In this document: piece by piece, positions 49,727-59,631 of the stretch
Numbering within the stretch: position 1 is the stretch's first letter
How the letters are laid out: each line of letters opens with the position of its first letter
Source of the DNA: an uncultured Acidobacteriota bacterium
GTDB taxonomy: Bacteria; Acidobacteriota; Thermoanaerobaculia; Multivoradales; UBA5704
Assembly (NCBI GenBank): GCA_963770895.1
Contig: CAVYRF010000001.1
Location: 2,048,001 to 2,112,000 of the forward strand
Direction of reading: 5' to 3'
Length of the DNA stretch: 64,000 bases
Made by a program: the position numbers and the translations under genes
Notes under the pieces: generated by a model
Seen by the model: the letters and a program-made list of their open reading frames with translations, nothing else
Told to the model about the DNA's origin: nothing
The model's database searches: none

Positions 49727-51145
49727 CTAGCCGGCGCTGGCGGCTGCCAGCGCTTCGGCTTCCGATGCGCTGGCTGCCTGCTCTTCGAGGTTGATCAGCG
49801 CCCCCTCGGCGTTGACGTCGGCGCGCGGCTGCGCATCCTTGGATGCGACGGCGCCGGCGGCAGGGCCCGGCGGCAGGCCGCGCTGCCCCTTGTTCCTGGC
49901 CAGGTTGTCCATGCCGGCGGCGAGCTGCCGGCGAAACTCGTTGTGCATCGCTTGCAGGGCTTCGACCTTGACCGCGGTCGTGGTGTTGACGGCGCAGTCG
50001 CCGGCCTTGCTCTGGAAGACTTTCACCGCCACCTTGTTGCCGGCGTCGACGCGCTCGTCGACACGCTGGATCATGTCGCCCGCGCTGAGCGAGCAGCTGA
50101 CTCCGGAGTCTGTCACCACATTGAGCGTCGACGCCACCACGAAGTCCTTCTGCTCCGGGTCGAGCGCCGCCGGCAACGCGGAGTCCGCGCCCTGGTCCGC
50201 GCCGGAGCCGGCCTTGCGGGTCAGCTTGCGTACGTTCTCGGCGACCGCCTGCCGCCCTTCCGGCGTGAACGCCGACGGCGATGCCGCTGGCGCTGCATCC
50301 TGCGACGGAGCGGTCGGCGCCGGGGCGCTCGCCTGGCGCAGGTCGTAGTCGGCCCGCATGGTGTTCGCCACGACATAGTCGGCCAGCCAGTAGGAGGCGT
50401 CCGGGTAGACGGCCGCGGGGGCGAAGTAAGCGCCCGCGCCCACCCCCCACGGTGCCGGCCCGAAGTTCCATGAGTACACGATCGGCGCCGGCCAGGGGGC
50501 GACCGCCCAGGCGTAGAAAGCGGGTTGATAGTAGACCGGTGTGACGTAGGCGTCGACGGTCAGTGCGCCGTATTTCGTGACGTGATAGACGCTCACCTCG
50601 CTATGTGCACCGATCACCGTGGTGCGCTGAAAGTACCCCGGCCGCAGCGGCCGATCGACGTAGCCGCGATTGGCGCCGAAGCTCACCACCCGGCCACCGT
50701 TTGGCAGGTTCGCCACGACCACCCGTCCACCGCGCGCATTGCGCGTCAGGGTAAGACCGCGACGGGTGTCGCGCACCATGGCAGGGCGACCGTTGCCGCC
50801 GAACCGCGCCTCGAAACCGTTCCGGGTGACCCTGGTCACCTGGCCATTGGCGTTGATCGTGCGGGTGGTGCCGTTGGCGCTTCTGACCGTGCGTGCCACA
50901 CCGGGGCCGGTACGTCCCCCGGAACCGGCACCGTTCGCCGGCCGCTGTCCGCCGTGGCTGTCGCCGGTCGCCGGCGCCGGCTTCGCCGTCGACGGCTTGG
51001 CGGTCGAAGTTGATGAGGAGCTTGATGAGGATGATGACGAAGATGAGGATCCCGGCTTGCCCTGCGCCAGAGAAGGCAGGAGGAAGCCGCAGACGAGGAG
51101 CATCCATCCCCATTTCGTACTCGCCGACACCGCTGGTTTGGTCAT
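49727..51145 (-). CDS. Secreted hypothetical protein with Ser/Gly/Arg-rich N-terminus and Tyr/Trp/Pro-rich middle
   Basis: Signal peptide 'WGWMLLVCGFLLPSLAQG', poly-Ser, 'YYQPAFYAWA..PW..P..Y.W', 'YWLADY', 'CSLSAGD'. RBS AAGGAG before ATG 51145. Confidence 0.75.
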   Translation of the reverse strand: MTKPAVSASTKWGWMLLVCGFLLPSLAQGKPGSSSSSSSSSSSSSTSTAKPSTAKPAPATGDSHGGQRPANGAGSGGRTGPGVARTVRSANGTTRTINANGQVTRVTRNGFEARFGGNGRPAMVRDTRRGLTLTRNARGGRVVVANLPNGGRVVSFGANRGYVDRPLRPGYFQRTTVIGAHSEVSVYHVTKYGALTVDAYVTPVYYQPAFYAWAVAPWPAPIVYSWNFGPAPWGVGAGAYFAPAAVYPDASYWLADYVVANTMRADYDLRQASAPAPTAPSQDAAPAASPSAFTPEGRQAVAENVRKLTRKAGSGADQGADSALPAALDPEQKDFVVASTLNVVTDSGVSCSLSAGDMIQRVDERVDAGNKVAVKVFQSKAGDCAVNTTTAVKVEALQAMHNEFRRQLAAGMDNLARNKGQRGLPPGPAAGAVASKDAQPRADVNAEGALINLEEQAASASEAEALAAASAG

Positions 51146-51229
51146 GATCATTCTCCTTTCCCATTGCCGCATCGCTGCATCGAAACTGTGCTTGCACGAG
51201 ACTTCACAATTGCAGCTCACAATTGCTCT

Positions 51230-53164
51230 TCAGCCGCCGCAGGTGAGCCGCGACGCGCCGGCAACCTCCACCTTCTGTCTCTGCTCCACCTGTCCCCCTG
51301 GTCCGCGCGCCGTCAGGGTATAGGTGATGCTCGACAGGATCTGCGGCGCCAAGCGATAGCCGGAGTCAGGCTCCACCTCGCCGTATCCCGGCTCGATCGA
51401 TACCGACGTCGCCCCCTTGACGGTCCAGCTCAGCTTCGTCATGCCGCACTGCTGCACGAACCGCGGGTACACATCGAAAGCCTGGATCTCCGGCGGTGGT
51501 GGCGGCGGAATCGCCGCCACCGGCCGAACGGGCGGTTCCACCCTGGACCGCGACGGCAAGCTTTCGCTCTCGGCCTGCGACGGAGCGCGCACGGACCGCG
51601 CGCTCACCGGATCGCTTTTCGCCGCGTGCGGCTCTGGCGCCAGGGGCGCACGCCGTGGCTCGCTCCGCTCGGGCGTCGCGGCCGTCGCGCCCGCCTTCGC
51701 CGGCTCTGGTGCAGCGCGCGACGGCGCTATCGCCGCGCCGATGCTCGCTGGCGCCGGCGCCGCCGGCAGCGCAGCCGGCTGCTGCAGGGGACCGCCGCGC
51801 GTCCGCTGCATGCCGAACCAGACGCCGAACCCGGCCACGGCCACGAGACCTGCGATACCCATCCAGCGCAGCAGCGCGCCCAGACCGCGACGCGCCGGGC
51901 GCAGTCCCAGCTCGGCGAGAAAAGCATCGAGCTGCGTTTCTACAACGCTGCGCGGCAGGCCGAACTCTTCGCCCAGCCGCACGTAGTGCCGCACCATCTC
52001 GATGGTGTAGGTGCCGTTCTTGCCGTCCTTTTCGGCCGCCATCCGCACCGACTTCAGCCAGGTCGTGCGGCGGGCTCGGCCATCCTTGAGACCAGCCTGG
52101 GCCAGGACCGCCGTGACCTCGCTCTCCGCCGCCTGTTCGCTCATGCCGTAGCGGCCGAGCAGCCGCTCCGCCGTGCGGCAGGCGCTGGGCCGCACGACGC
52201 GCAGCTCAGCGCCGCTTCCAGCCTCCGCTCCCGGTGCGGCGTCGCTTGCATAGGTTCCCGCCAGCAGCAGCTCTTTCACCTGCCGCCGCGCCCCCTCCAG
52301 CCGGGTCCCCGACAGCGACTGCAAAGCCACCGTGATCAGCCGGCCGGCCGGCCCGGCATCGCCCGCAGCGGGGCCGGCTTCCGCAGCCAGCCGCGCTTCG
52401 TCCTCCGGTCGCAGCACCCGATCTCCGCCGCGCCACGCGAAGAGATCGGCAAGCCGCGCCTCGATCCGCTCGAGCTGCTGCATGCCATCCGGCCGCGGCG
52501 CCCGCTCACGCCGTGCCGCGGGCAGCCGGGCCAGGAGGTCGCCGGCCCGCCGCGCCAGGTCGGCCTCGGAGCTCCCCTCGCCGCGTTCTAGAAACTGCTC
52601 GATCCAGTCGCGGCACCGCGCCACCGCCTCCTGCGCCGCGGACGGCGCCGTCCATGCGTCGGGGCCTTGCGCCAGCAGCGTGACCATGCGCAGCGCGCTG
52701 AGCAGGTCCCAGTCGCCCGCCGTCCAACCTTCGAAGATCGCCGGCGCCCAGAGCCAGATGCCGTAGTCGACGGCGCCGCGCTCCGGCTCGCCCGAGCCGA
52801 GGCGCGCTCGATTGCCCACCCAATCGAGCAACAACGGCGCACCGCCGACGTGGCACACATTGCGCGGATGCAGGGCGCCATGGGCCTTACCGCCGAGAGC
52901 GGCGATGATTTTCGGCAACAGATCAAAGGAGAACTCGATGCGGTCTCCGGCCGCCGCATCGCGAAAGATGTCCAGGTAGCTGATGCCAAGCTCCGTGCTA
53001 TCGAAGAATCGGCGAGTGACGGTCAGCACGTCCCGCTCCTGGGTGTAGCCGGCCACGACACCGGAGCGCCGCGCCGCGCGTAGCTCGGCCTCCAAGGTCA
53101 CGTCGAGCTTGATGCCGCGGAAGCTGCGCCGGCGCAGGCCGGACTGGGCGTCACTCGGGGCCAC
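51230..53164 (-). CDS. Membrane protein: N-terminal kinase-like (likely inactive) domain, TM helix, Pro-rich linker, C-terminal Ig-like domain
   Basis: 'HGALHPRNV...LLLDW...WAP...WDLLS' (degenerate HRDLKPxN/DFG/APE/D); TM 'MGIAGLVAVAGFGVWFG'; 'PPEIQAF...TKLSWTVKGATSVSIEPG...TYTLTARGPGG'. Confidence 0.7.
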   Translation of the reverse strand: MAPSDAQSGLRRRSFRGIKLDVTLEAELRAARRSGVVAGYTQERDVLTVTRRFFDSTELGISYLDIFRDAAAGDRIEFSFDLLPKIIAALGGKAHGALHPRNVCHVGGAPLLLDWVGNRARLGSGEPERGAVDYGIWLWAPAIFEGWTAGDWDLLSALRMVTLLAQGPDAWTAPSAAQEAVARCRDWIEQFLERGEGSSEADLARRAGDLLARLPAARRERAPRPDGMQQLERIEARLADLFAWRGGDRVLRPEDEARLAAEAGPAAGDAGPAGRLITVALQSLSGTRLEGARRQVKELLLAGTYASDAAPGAEAGSGAELRVVRPSACRTAERLLGRYGMSEQAAESEVTAVLAQAGLKDGRARRTTWLKSVRMAAEKDGKNGTYTIEMVRHYVRLGEEFGLPRSVVETQLDAFLAELGLRPARRGLGALLRWMGIAGLVAVAGFGVWFGMQRTRGGPLQQPAALPAAPAPASIGAAIAPSRAAPEPAKAGATAATPERSEPRRAPLAPEPHAAKSDPVSARSVRAPSQAESESLPSRSRVEPPVRPVAAIPPPPPPEIQAFDVYPRFVQQCGMTKLSWTVKGATSVSIEPGYGEVEPDSGYRLAPQILSSITYTLTARGPGGQVEQRQKVEVAGASRLTCGG

Positions 53165-53170
53165 GACGCA

Positions 53171-56100
53171 TCAGGCCAGCGGCGGCGGCTCGTCCGCCAC
53201 CAGGTCGGCGATCTCCGGCACTTCGAGAGCCCCCTTCCACTCCGCACCGAATGCCTTTTGCCACACCTTGTGATGGCGCTGCGGAGCCTGGGCGATGCGC
53301 GCCGCGATCTCTTGCGCCGTCAGCTTGCCCAGGCTCTGATCGTCGCACGCGTAGTGAAAGAGCGGCACGGCAGGCGGTTCGGCCGGAGCGGCGGCAGAAG
53401 GAGCGCTGGCAGCGGCGGCTGCCGCAGCTGGCGCCGCGATAGGCGGCGGGGGAGCGCCCAGGAGAGCTGCGATCTCAGGCACCTCGGATGCCTCGCGCCA
53501 GTTGTCCATGTCTTGGGAGAAGACCCGATGGCTGCCCAGCGGGTGGCGTGCCGCCCGCTCCGCCACCTCGGCTGCCTTGAGCCCGGACTCCTGCGTCCCG
53601 TCGGCGCCGGCATAGAACCAGGTTTTCTCGCCCGGCGGCGGCGGCGGGGCGCCCACCGTCGCCTCGGCAAGGCGGTCGAAGAAGTCCCAATCGATCCCCA
53701 GGTGCGGGAAGCTGAGCACCGTCGTCCCCAGGACATCGCGCGTCGCCGGCAGGGTACCCTTGGCAACGAACGCCTCTGTCGCCTTGCGCGCCAGGCTGAG
53801 CAGGCTCCAGTCCTCGATGCGATCGGCATCGGGCAACGCCGCCGTGCTCGGTACCGGTTGGCCGATGTCGCGGTAGATCGGCTTGCTCCATTCCGCCAAC
53901 GACTGCATCAGGCGCTCGACGTCTTGCTCGATGTCCGCCACAGCGCCCCCGCCCAGCGCCTGCTGCTCCCGCCACTCCCGGCGCAGCTCGTCGCTGACCA
54001 GGTTCTGCATCGAGCCCAGCGCGGCGATCGGGCTCTGCCCTTCGCCGGGCGGGCGGCGCACCGGGAAGACGCAGTAGAAATAGTAGTCGGCGAGGGCCGC
54101 CAGATAGGTGAAGCTCTGCCGGCTGAGCGTCCGCAAGCGCTGCCGTTCGCTTTCCGCATCGTTTTGCAGCCGCGAGCGCAGCGGCGCATCGACCATCAAG
54201 CGTTCGACGGCGCGCCCCTCGGAGCCCAGGTCCGTCCACTGCACGTTGACCCGCGTCGTGCGATGCCGCCACTGGAAGACCAGGCGTTGATCGTCGCCGG
54301 CGCGCAGGCGGAGGCTGCGTACGAGGCCGAGGATCTGCACCTCGATGAACAGCTTCCAGACCACGCGGAAGGTCGCCAGCTGCCCCAGGTTGAGCGGCAT
54401 CAGCGTCTGGAACTGATGGTAGTCCTGGTGGATATGCAGCGGCGTGATGGTCCGCGGATCGCGCAGCAGCGCATCGTAGTGGCGATTCAAGCTGGAGATC
54501 TCGCTCAGGTAGTAGGCGGGGAACGCCGTCAGCTCCGAATAGAAGATGATCTCCGAAGGATCGAGCGCTCGCACCTCGCGCGGCGCGAACTGATCGGGCG
54601 CGATCTTCTTGAGGCTGGCCATCATATTGTTGGCAACCGGCTCGAATCCGTCGGCGATAAGGCCCACGAAGACGTCGCCCTTGGGCGCCGGCGGGAAGAC
54701 GACGGCCTCGACGTTGTTTCTTTGCGCCCACGGCAGCCCTTTGCGGAACAGCTGCTCGAAGAGCTCTTGCTTTTGGCCTTCGTTGTAGCCGTCCTTGAGC
54801 AGGCGGAAGATCGAATACTGCTCGATGAAGCCCTGTTTCGTCTCACCGTCTTTGTCGCTGAAGGCGGCGGTGCTGCCGTTTTCGCCGCGCAGCGCATAGA
54901 ACGCCTGTGCCGCAAGGTTGTCGCGGAAGCTCTCATACGCGCCGAAGAGTTTGCTGCCGATCTGCTCCAGGGTGGTCAGACCCATTTCGATCAGCCCGCG
55001 GTCGAGCAGCCGCTGCAGCCGCTCGCGGCGCTCTTCGGGCTGGCGCCCGAGGTACGGTTCGAGCAGGTCGCCCAGGTCGGCCTGCGCCGCCACTTCGAGC
55101 ACGATGTACGAACGCTGCGGCGTCTCGTAGAAACGCGCCAGGTTGCCGTACTCGGTCTCCAGGGCGACCATGCGCTCGGAGATGCGCTCCAGGGCGCTCA
55201 GCTGCTCCTGCAGCGACCTGGCGATCGCCGCCAGCGCCTCGGGTGCCTGGGCGGCGATATATTCGTTCGCCCGCGCGCGCCAGGTCTCGGCCAGCGCTTC
55301 TCCGGCCAGCTGCACCGCTGCACGGTGGTTGCCGGCGCTGGCACCGAGCCCCTGCGATGCCTGGTGCGCCGTCTGCAGACGCTTCTTCCACAACGCCTCG
55401 GCGGTCTCGACCCGTTTTTGCAGCGTCGGTCGCTGCTGCCGGAACCAGTCGGCATAGCGCGCCTGCGTGGCATCGCGACCGAGCAGCTCGATGCACTCGC
55501 GCAGCAGCGCCATGACCCCCGACAGGCCGACCGCCGGCAGCCGGCGATAGTTCTCGATCACCTCCGGCAGGCGCTGGTGAACCTCGCGCGCCAGCGCCTT
55601 GCGGTTCTCGAAGATCTGCTTCGGCCAATCGCCTTCGCGACCGGCGGCATAGGGGTCGCCCCACAGGCGGACCAGCTTGCCCCACAGCTCGTTGCCCATC
55701 TCGACGGTGTTCTTCTCGCTGTACATGCTCTCCGCGAGACCGCCCAGCTCGTCCTGAAAGCGTTGGATATGCTCGTAGACCGAGCTCACACCGTTGGCCG
55801 CCTGCACCTGCCGGGCCAGCCGATCGCGCACCTGGGCGAAGTTCTGCCGTCCCTGATCGGTCAGCCGTTCGCCTTGCAAGATTCCACAATCGAACAGGAA
55901 GCGGTCACGGTGCAGGTTCAGGATGTCCGCCAGCCGCGCGATCCGCCCCGGATCCATGAGCGTCACCATTTCGGCCGCCAGCAGGTACTTGGCGCGGTTG
56001 ATCAGGCGCCACGACGGGAACACCAGCTTGCTCAGCCCGGCGCTCGAAAAGGCGCTGCGCCACTGCTCGGCGTGCGTCTCGTGGGTGCTGCCGTCGGGGC

Positions 56101-57166
56101 GCAGCAGCCGGTAGCTGTTGGTGACGGCGCTGCGCAGGTACTGTTCACGATTCACCCGCACACCCTGGATCCAGCCGGCCATCTCGCCGGCGCCAAAGTC
56201 GAGAAACAGGATCTCGCCGATCGCCAGATAGCAGTCGCTCAGCGAGTCGAGCTGCTGGCCGGTCGCATTGGTGCCCGAGAACAGCACGTAGCGGTTATAG
56301 AGGCCGCGAAACTCCGTCGGCAGCGTGGTCGGCTCCCACCGCACCGTGAAGGGGTGGCTCAGATAGTGGTTGATCTCCTTGAGCGCGGCAAAACCGTTGG
56401 CCGCGACCTTGGGGTACGCCCCAGCCTGCTCGACGGTGCTGAAGCCGCCGGGCAGCACCAGATAGGCTTCGAGGCTCGGCCGCTCGTAATGGCCGAGCTG
56501 CTGCTGCAGCAGACCCGCCAGGTCCAGGAAGATCCCCGAGCCGGTGCCGCCGGCGATGCCGGCGACCACCACCACCCGCACGCTGCCGCTGGTGTCGACC
56601 CGGTTGCTGCTGACGCGGTTCGAGGACACCTTGCGGTAGGCGCGCGCGATCCCCTCTTCGATCTCGCCGTGGTTGCCGAACAGCGCCAGCCGGGCGAGCT
56701 GGCGGATCTGACCGGCGCCGTTCTCGATATTGAACTCCTGGCTGGGCAGCGCGGCCTCGTCCCACCAGTCGCGAATCTCCGGATGATGAATGATATTGGG
56801 TCCGACCATCCCCTTGAAGTCGACCTTCAAGTTGATCCGTTCTTCGCGTGCGAAGCCGATCAGCGCCTCGAGCGGGTTCTGCTTCTGCTCCTCGGGGGAG
56901 GGCTGCTGCGAGTGGATATCCGTGTCGATCGAGAGGAAGGCGATGCCATCGAGGTGATCGAGCGCACCGTAGCGCTCGATGATCAGCCGGCGCAGGTGCA
57001 TGAGGGCTTTCGCCCCGGTGCCACCAAGGCCGATGAAGATGGTGCGCGAATAGATGCCGCCCTTGCGGCTCCGCGCCTCGGCCTCCAGGCGGCTGACATA
57101 GGACGCGTCGTCGGCCTCGCTCACCGCACCGATCACGCTCGGCGCCAGAGTGGTACTTTCAGCCAT
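53171..57166 (-). CDS. Tubulin-like (Tubulin_2-type) GTPase domain protein with long helical region and two C-terminal GYF_2-like domains
   Basis: 'TIFIGLGGTG', 'FLSIDTD', 'GAGQIRQLARLA', signature 'AGIAGGTGSG', 'ANGFAALKE'; C-terminal 'WFY...G..(x)..W..A.EVPEIA.L' twice. RBS AAGGAG. Confidence 0.85.
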   Translation of the reverse strand: MAESTTLAPSVIGAVSEADDASYVSRLEAEARSRKGGIYSRTIFIGLGGTGAKALMHLRRLIIERYGALDHLDGIAFLSIDTDIHSQQPSPEEQKQNPLEALIGFAREERINLKVDFKGMVGPNIIHHPEIRDWWDEAALPSQEFNIENGAGQIRQLARLALFGNHGEIEEGIARAYRKVSSNRVSSNRVDTSGSVRVVVVAGIAGGTGSGIFLDLAGLLQQQLGHYERPSLEAYLVLPGGFSTVEQAGAYPKVAANGFAALKEINHYLSHPFTVRWEPTTLPTEFRGLYNRYVLFSGTNATGQQLDSLSDCYLAIGEILFLDFGAGEMAGWIQGVRVNREQYLRSAVTNSYRLLRPDGSTHETHAEQWRSAFSSAGLSKLVFPSWRLINRAKYLLAAEMVTLMDPGRIARLADILNLHRDRFLFDCGILQGERLTDQGRQNFAQVRDRLARQVQAANGVSSVYEHIQRFQDELGGLAESMYSEKNTVEMGNELWGKLVRLWGDPYAAGREGDWPKQIFENRKALAREVHQRLPEVIENYRRLPAVGLSGVMALLRECIELLGRDATQARYADWFRQQRPTLQKRVETAEALWKKRLQTAHQASQGLGASAGNHRAAVQLAGEALAETWRARANEYIAAQAPEALAAIARSLQEQLSALERISERMVALETEYGNLARFYETPQRSYIVLEVAAQADLGDLLEPYLGRQPEERRERLQRLLDRGLIEMGLTTLEQIGSKLFGAYESFRDNLAAQAFYALRGENGSTAAFSDKDGETKQGFIEQYSIFRLLKDGYNEGQKQELFEQLFRKGLPWAQRNNVEAVVFPPAPKGDVFVGLIADGFEPVANNMMASLKKIAPDQFAPREVRALDPSEIIFYSELTAFPAYYLSEISSLNRHYDALLRDPRTITPLHIHQDYHQFQTLMPLNLGQLATFRVVWKLFIEVQILGLVRSLRLRAGDDQRLVFQWRHRTTRVNVQWTDLGSEGRAVERLMVDAPLRSRLQNDAESERQRLRTLSRQSFTYLAALADYYFYCVFPVRRPPGEGQSPIAALGSMQNLVSDELRREWREQQALGGGAVADIEQDVERLMQSLAEWSKPIYRDIGQPVPSTAALPDADRIEDWSLLSLARKATEAFVAKGTLPATRDVLGTTVLSFPHLGIDWDFFDRLAEATVGAPPPPPGEKTWFYAGADGTQESGLKAAEVAERAARHPLGSHRVFSQDMDNWREASEVPEIAALLGAPPPPIAAPAAAAAAASAPSAAAPAEPPAVPLFHYACDDQSLGKLTAQEIAARIAQAPQRHHKVWQKAFGAEWKGALEVPEIADLVADEPPPLA

Positions 57167-57193
57167 GGTGCTCTCCTTGCGAAAATATGGGCG

Positions 57194-57532
57194 TCAATCC
57201 CTGCTTGCGACCACCCAGGTATAGAGACCGTCCACCAACACCACCACCGCCATCGCCGCCAGCCAGATCAGGAAACGCGGGTGCAGGCAGCCGTTGGTCA
57301 GATAGCCGGTGGCCAGCATTGCCGCCAAGGCCAGCGCCAGGCTGCCGAAGATGCCGACCTGCCGTCCCAGCACGGCGCTCTTGTCACGGTTGATGTACGA
57401 GCGCTCCACCACCCGCACCAGGGTGAAGAACAGGAGCACGAACACCGCCAGTGTGATCGCCACGATCAGGATCCAGTCCTGGGTCGAAGGCGGGCGGCAG
57501 AGAGCCAGACCTCCAAAGGTCGGCAGCTGCAT
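57194..57532 (-). CDS. Small 3-TM membrane protein (112 aa)
   Basis: 3' part of ORF 57194..58510, starting 'MQLPTFGG' after GGGAGG, with three hydrophobic segments. Confidence 0.75.
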   Translation of the reverse strand: MQLPTFGGLALCRPPSTQDWILIVAITLAVFVLLFFTLVRVVERSYINRDKSAVLGRQVGIFGSLALALAAMLATGYLTNGCLHPRFLIWLAAMAVVVLVDGLYTWVVASRD

Positions 57533-57600
57533 GGGAACCTCCCTTTCTTTCCGTTCACTCGCTTCGTTGACCGTGCCAATCCGCGGCCCGGTGAGCGCTG

Positions 57601-59631
57601 CTACCAATTGTCCAGCCGGCCGCCCAGACGCGGGTCGTGAAGCGGCGCCCAGCCGCGCCGGACCTCGATCCGGCGGTCCTCGGTCTCGCCCGGCAGAGCC
57701 GCCATCCAAGCCCCGCCCTCGCGCCGCAAGCGCGTGCCGCCGCGCCCCACCAGCCGGTACCCGGCACCCCAGCCGCGGCGCAGCCGGGCGCGCACCGCAC
57801 CGGCGACTTCGACATTCTGGCCGCTGCATCGCGACAGGCTGAGGCGCGCTGTCTCCAGACCGTCGACACTGACGGTGAACTGCTTTTTCTGGAATCGCAG
57901 GACGATCAGCGTCACCAACGCGGCCAGCGTGCCGCCGCCCAGCACCGACAGCAGCGCCAGCAGCTGGCCGTCGTTTGCCACCTCGGCGGCGATGGGGAAG
58001 CTGGCCTCGGCGGAGCTCGCCTGGCGATGGAGGAAGATCTCCGGCAGCTGCGCCGCACCGTAGACGCTTTCGAAGCCGTGGATGTCGATCGCCAGCCGGG
58101 TCGCCACGTCGTGGATCGCCGCGCGGATCGTGCCCTGGAGAAGAATGCGGTTGGTGAACGCCACGGTGAAGAGCGTCGGACGTATCGTCGTATCGACATC
58201 GACCGCGGGCAGCTGGAACTCGACGTCGAGGTCGCTCTCCGCAAGAGGCGCCAGCGGTCCGACGCGGATCGGCTCGTCGCCGGGGTGCCGGCTGCCGCCG
58301 TGGATTGCCCAGCCGCTGACCGTCATGGTGTCCGGGCAGATCGGTGATGCCCAGGGCACCGTCGGACCCGCGGGCGCCGCGGCCGGCAGCAGGAGCTCGT
58401 TGCTCAGCTGCAGCGTCGCCGCCTCCACCGTCTGATGGCGCAGCACATTGCGGATGCGCAGCCGGGCGCGGCAGAGCACCGGCTTGCCGAACTCGGCACC
58501 GCTGTCGCATTCGACCGCCGGTTCGCCTTCATGGCCGGCCATGGTGATGGCCAGCACCTCGGCGTCGATCGGTTTGAGACGCAGCGGCACCCCTGCCAGG
58601 TCGGCGCGGCCGCCGGCGGCGATGCGGCCGCTGTTGCGCGCCGCCAGGTCGTGCAGGCCGCTGTTCCAGAGCCAGCCGTCCGCCGACGGTCCGCCGCCCT
58701 CGGGGGTGGTGCCGCCGAGGAGGTGGAACTCGCCGTGCGGCGGGCGTTCGAAGGGCGAGACGTAGAGGCCGTAGACGAACAGCGAGGTGCCGCACATCCA
58801 CGAGCAGGTGGCGGCCTGAAAGATCGGATAGGCCGAGATCATCTGCACCCGCGGCTCGCTGTCGAGCAGCTTGTAGAAGTCGGCGGTCAGGCGCGCGTCG
58901 CGATCGTCGAGCGGCGAGCCGCCGCTGCCCTTGTCGACGATGTTGTCGGTGACCAGCCAGAGGATCTCGTCGCCTTGCAACCCTTCGACCACCCGCCGCA
59001 GGGCGCTCGGCGTATCGGTTTCGTTGGGCGCGTCGGGATCGACCTTGTACGGGTTTTCCGGCAGCTGCCGCAGGCGCGCCGCGAGCAAGTCGACGCTGCC
59101 GCTGCCGAAGGTATGATCGAATGGCAGCCGTGCGCCGGCGGCGAACGGCTCCACGCCGGTCTCGCCGAGCCGCCAGAGCCGGCGGTTGAACAGCAGCAGC
59201 TCGAGATCGACCTGTTGCGTCGGCGGAATGGCCGCCGCCAGCCAGCGTGACAAGAACTGCTGGAATTCCGGCGACGCGACGTAGTAGGGCTGCCCGTTGC
59301 GTTGCGTGCGTCCGCCGATCGTACCGCCGGCGCAGACCTCGCACTGCTCGACTTTCGGCTTGCCGTAGCCGGGATACATGCTGCCCGAGAAATCGAGCAG
59401 CAGGACCATCTTGCGGTGCGCGCCGGGGCGCGCCGGAGCGGCTTTCCTGAGCACTCCACCGGCGCTCGGATCGACCACCGCGGCCTCGCCGGCGGCGCCG
59501 CGATCGTGCTTTGCCTCCGCCGGCCCGGCGGCACAGGTGCGCGTCATCGGATGACCGCAGCCGGCGAGGGCCAGGGCGCCGGCGACAGCCAGCCAGGCGC
59601 GCGCCGCGGTCGCTGCCGCCGGCGCGCTCAC
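57601..59631 (-). CDS. Lipoprotein with vWA-like (MIDAS) domain and C-terminal TM anchor
   Basis: Lipobox 'LALAGC', MIDAS-like 'LLLDFSGSM', 'ETDT..AL', 'LWLVTDN', TM 'LLALLSVLGGGTLAALVTLIVL'. Confidence 0.75.
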   Translation of the reverse strand: MSAPAAATAARAWLAVAGALALAGCGHPMTRTCAAGPAEAKHDRGAAGEAAVVDPSAGGVLRKAAPARPGAHRKMVLLLDFSGSMYPGYGKPKVEQCEVCAGGTIGGRTQRNGQPYYVASPEFQQFLSRWLAAAIPPTQQVDLELLLFNRRLWRLGETGVEPFAAGARLPFDHTFGSGSVDLLAARLRQLPENPYKVDPDAPNETDTPSALRRVVEGLQGDEILWLVTDNIVDKGSGGSPLDDRDARLTADFYKLLDSEPRVQMISAYPIFQAATCSWMCGTSLFVYGLYVSPFERPPHGEFHLLGGTTPEGGGPSADGWLWNSGLHDLAARNSGRIAAGGRADLAGVPLRLKPIDAEVLAITMAGHEGEPAVECDSGAEFGKPVLCRARLRIRNVLRHQTVEAATLQLSNELLLPAAAPAGPTVPWASPICPDTMTVSGWAIHGGSRHPGDEPIRVGPLAPLAESDLDVEFQLPAVDVDTTIRPTLFTVAFTNRILLQGTIRAAIHDVATRLAIDIHGFESVYGAAQLPEIFLHRQASSAEASFPIAAEVANDGQLLALLSVLGGGTLAALVTLIVLRFQKKQFTVSVDGLETARLSLSRCSGQNVEVAGAVRARLRRGWGAGYRLVGRGGTRLRREGGAWMAALPGETEDRRIEVRRGWAPLHDPRLGGRLDNW

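Noticed and set aside
53171-57166. Cell-division ftsZ
   Set aside because: Far too long, with divergent motifs and no dcw cluster context.
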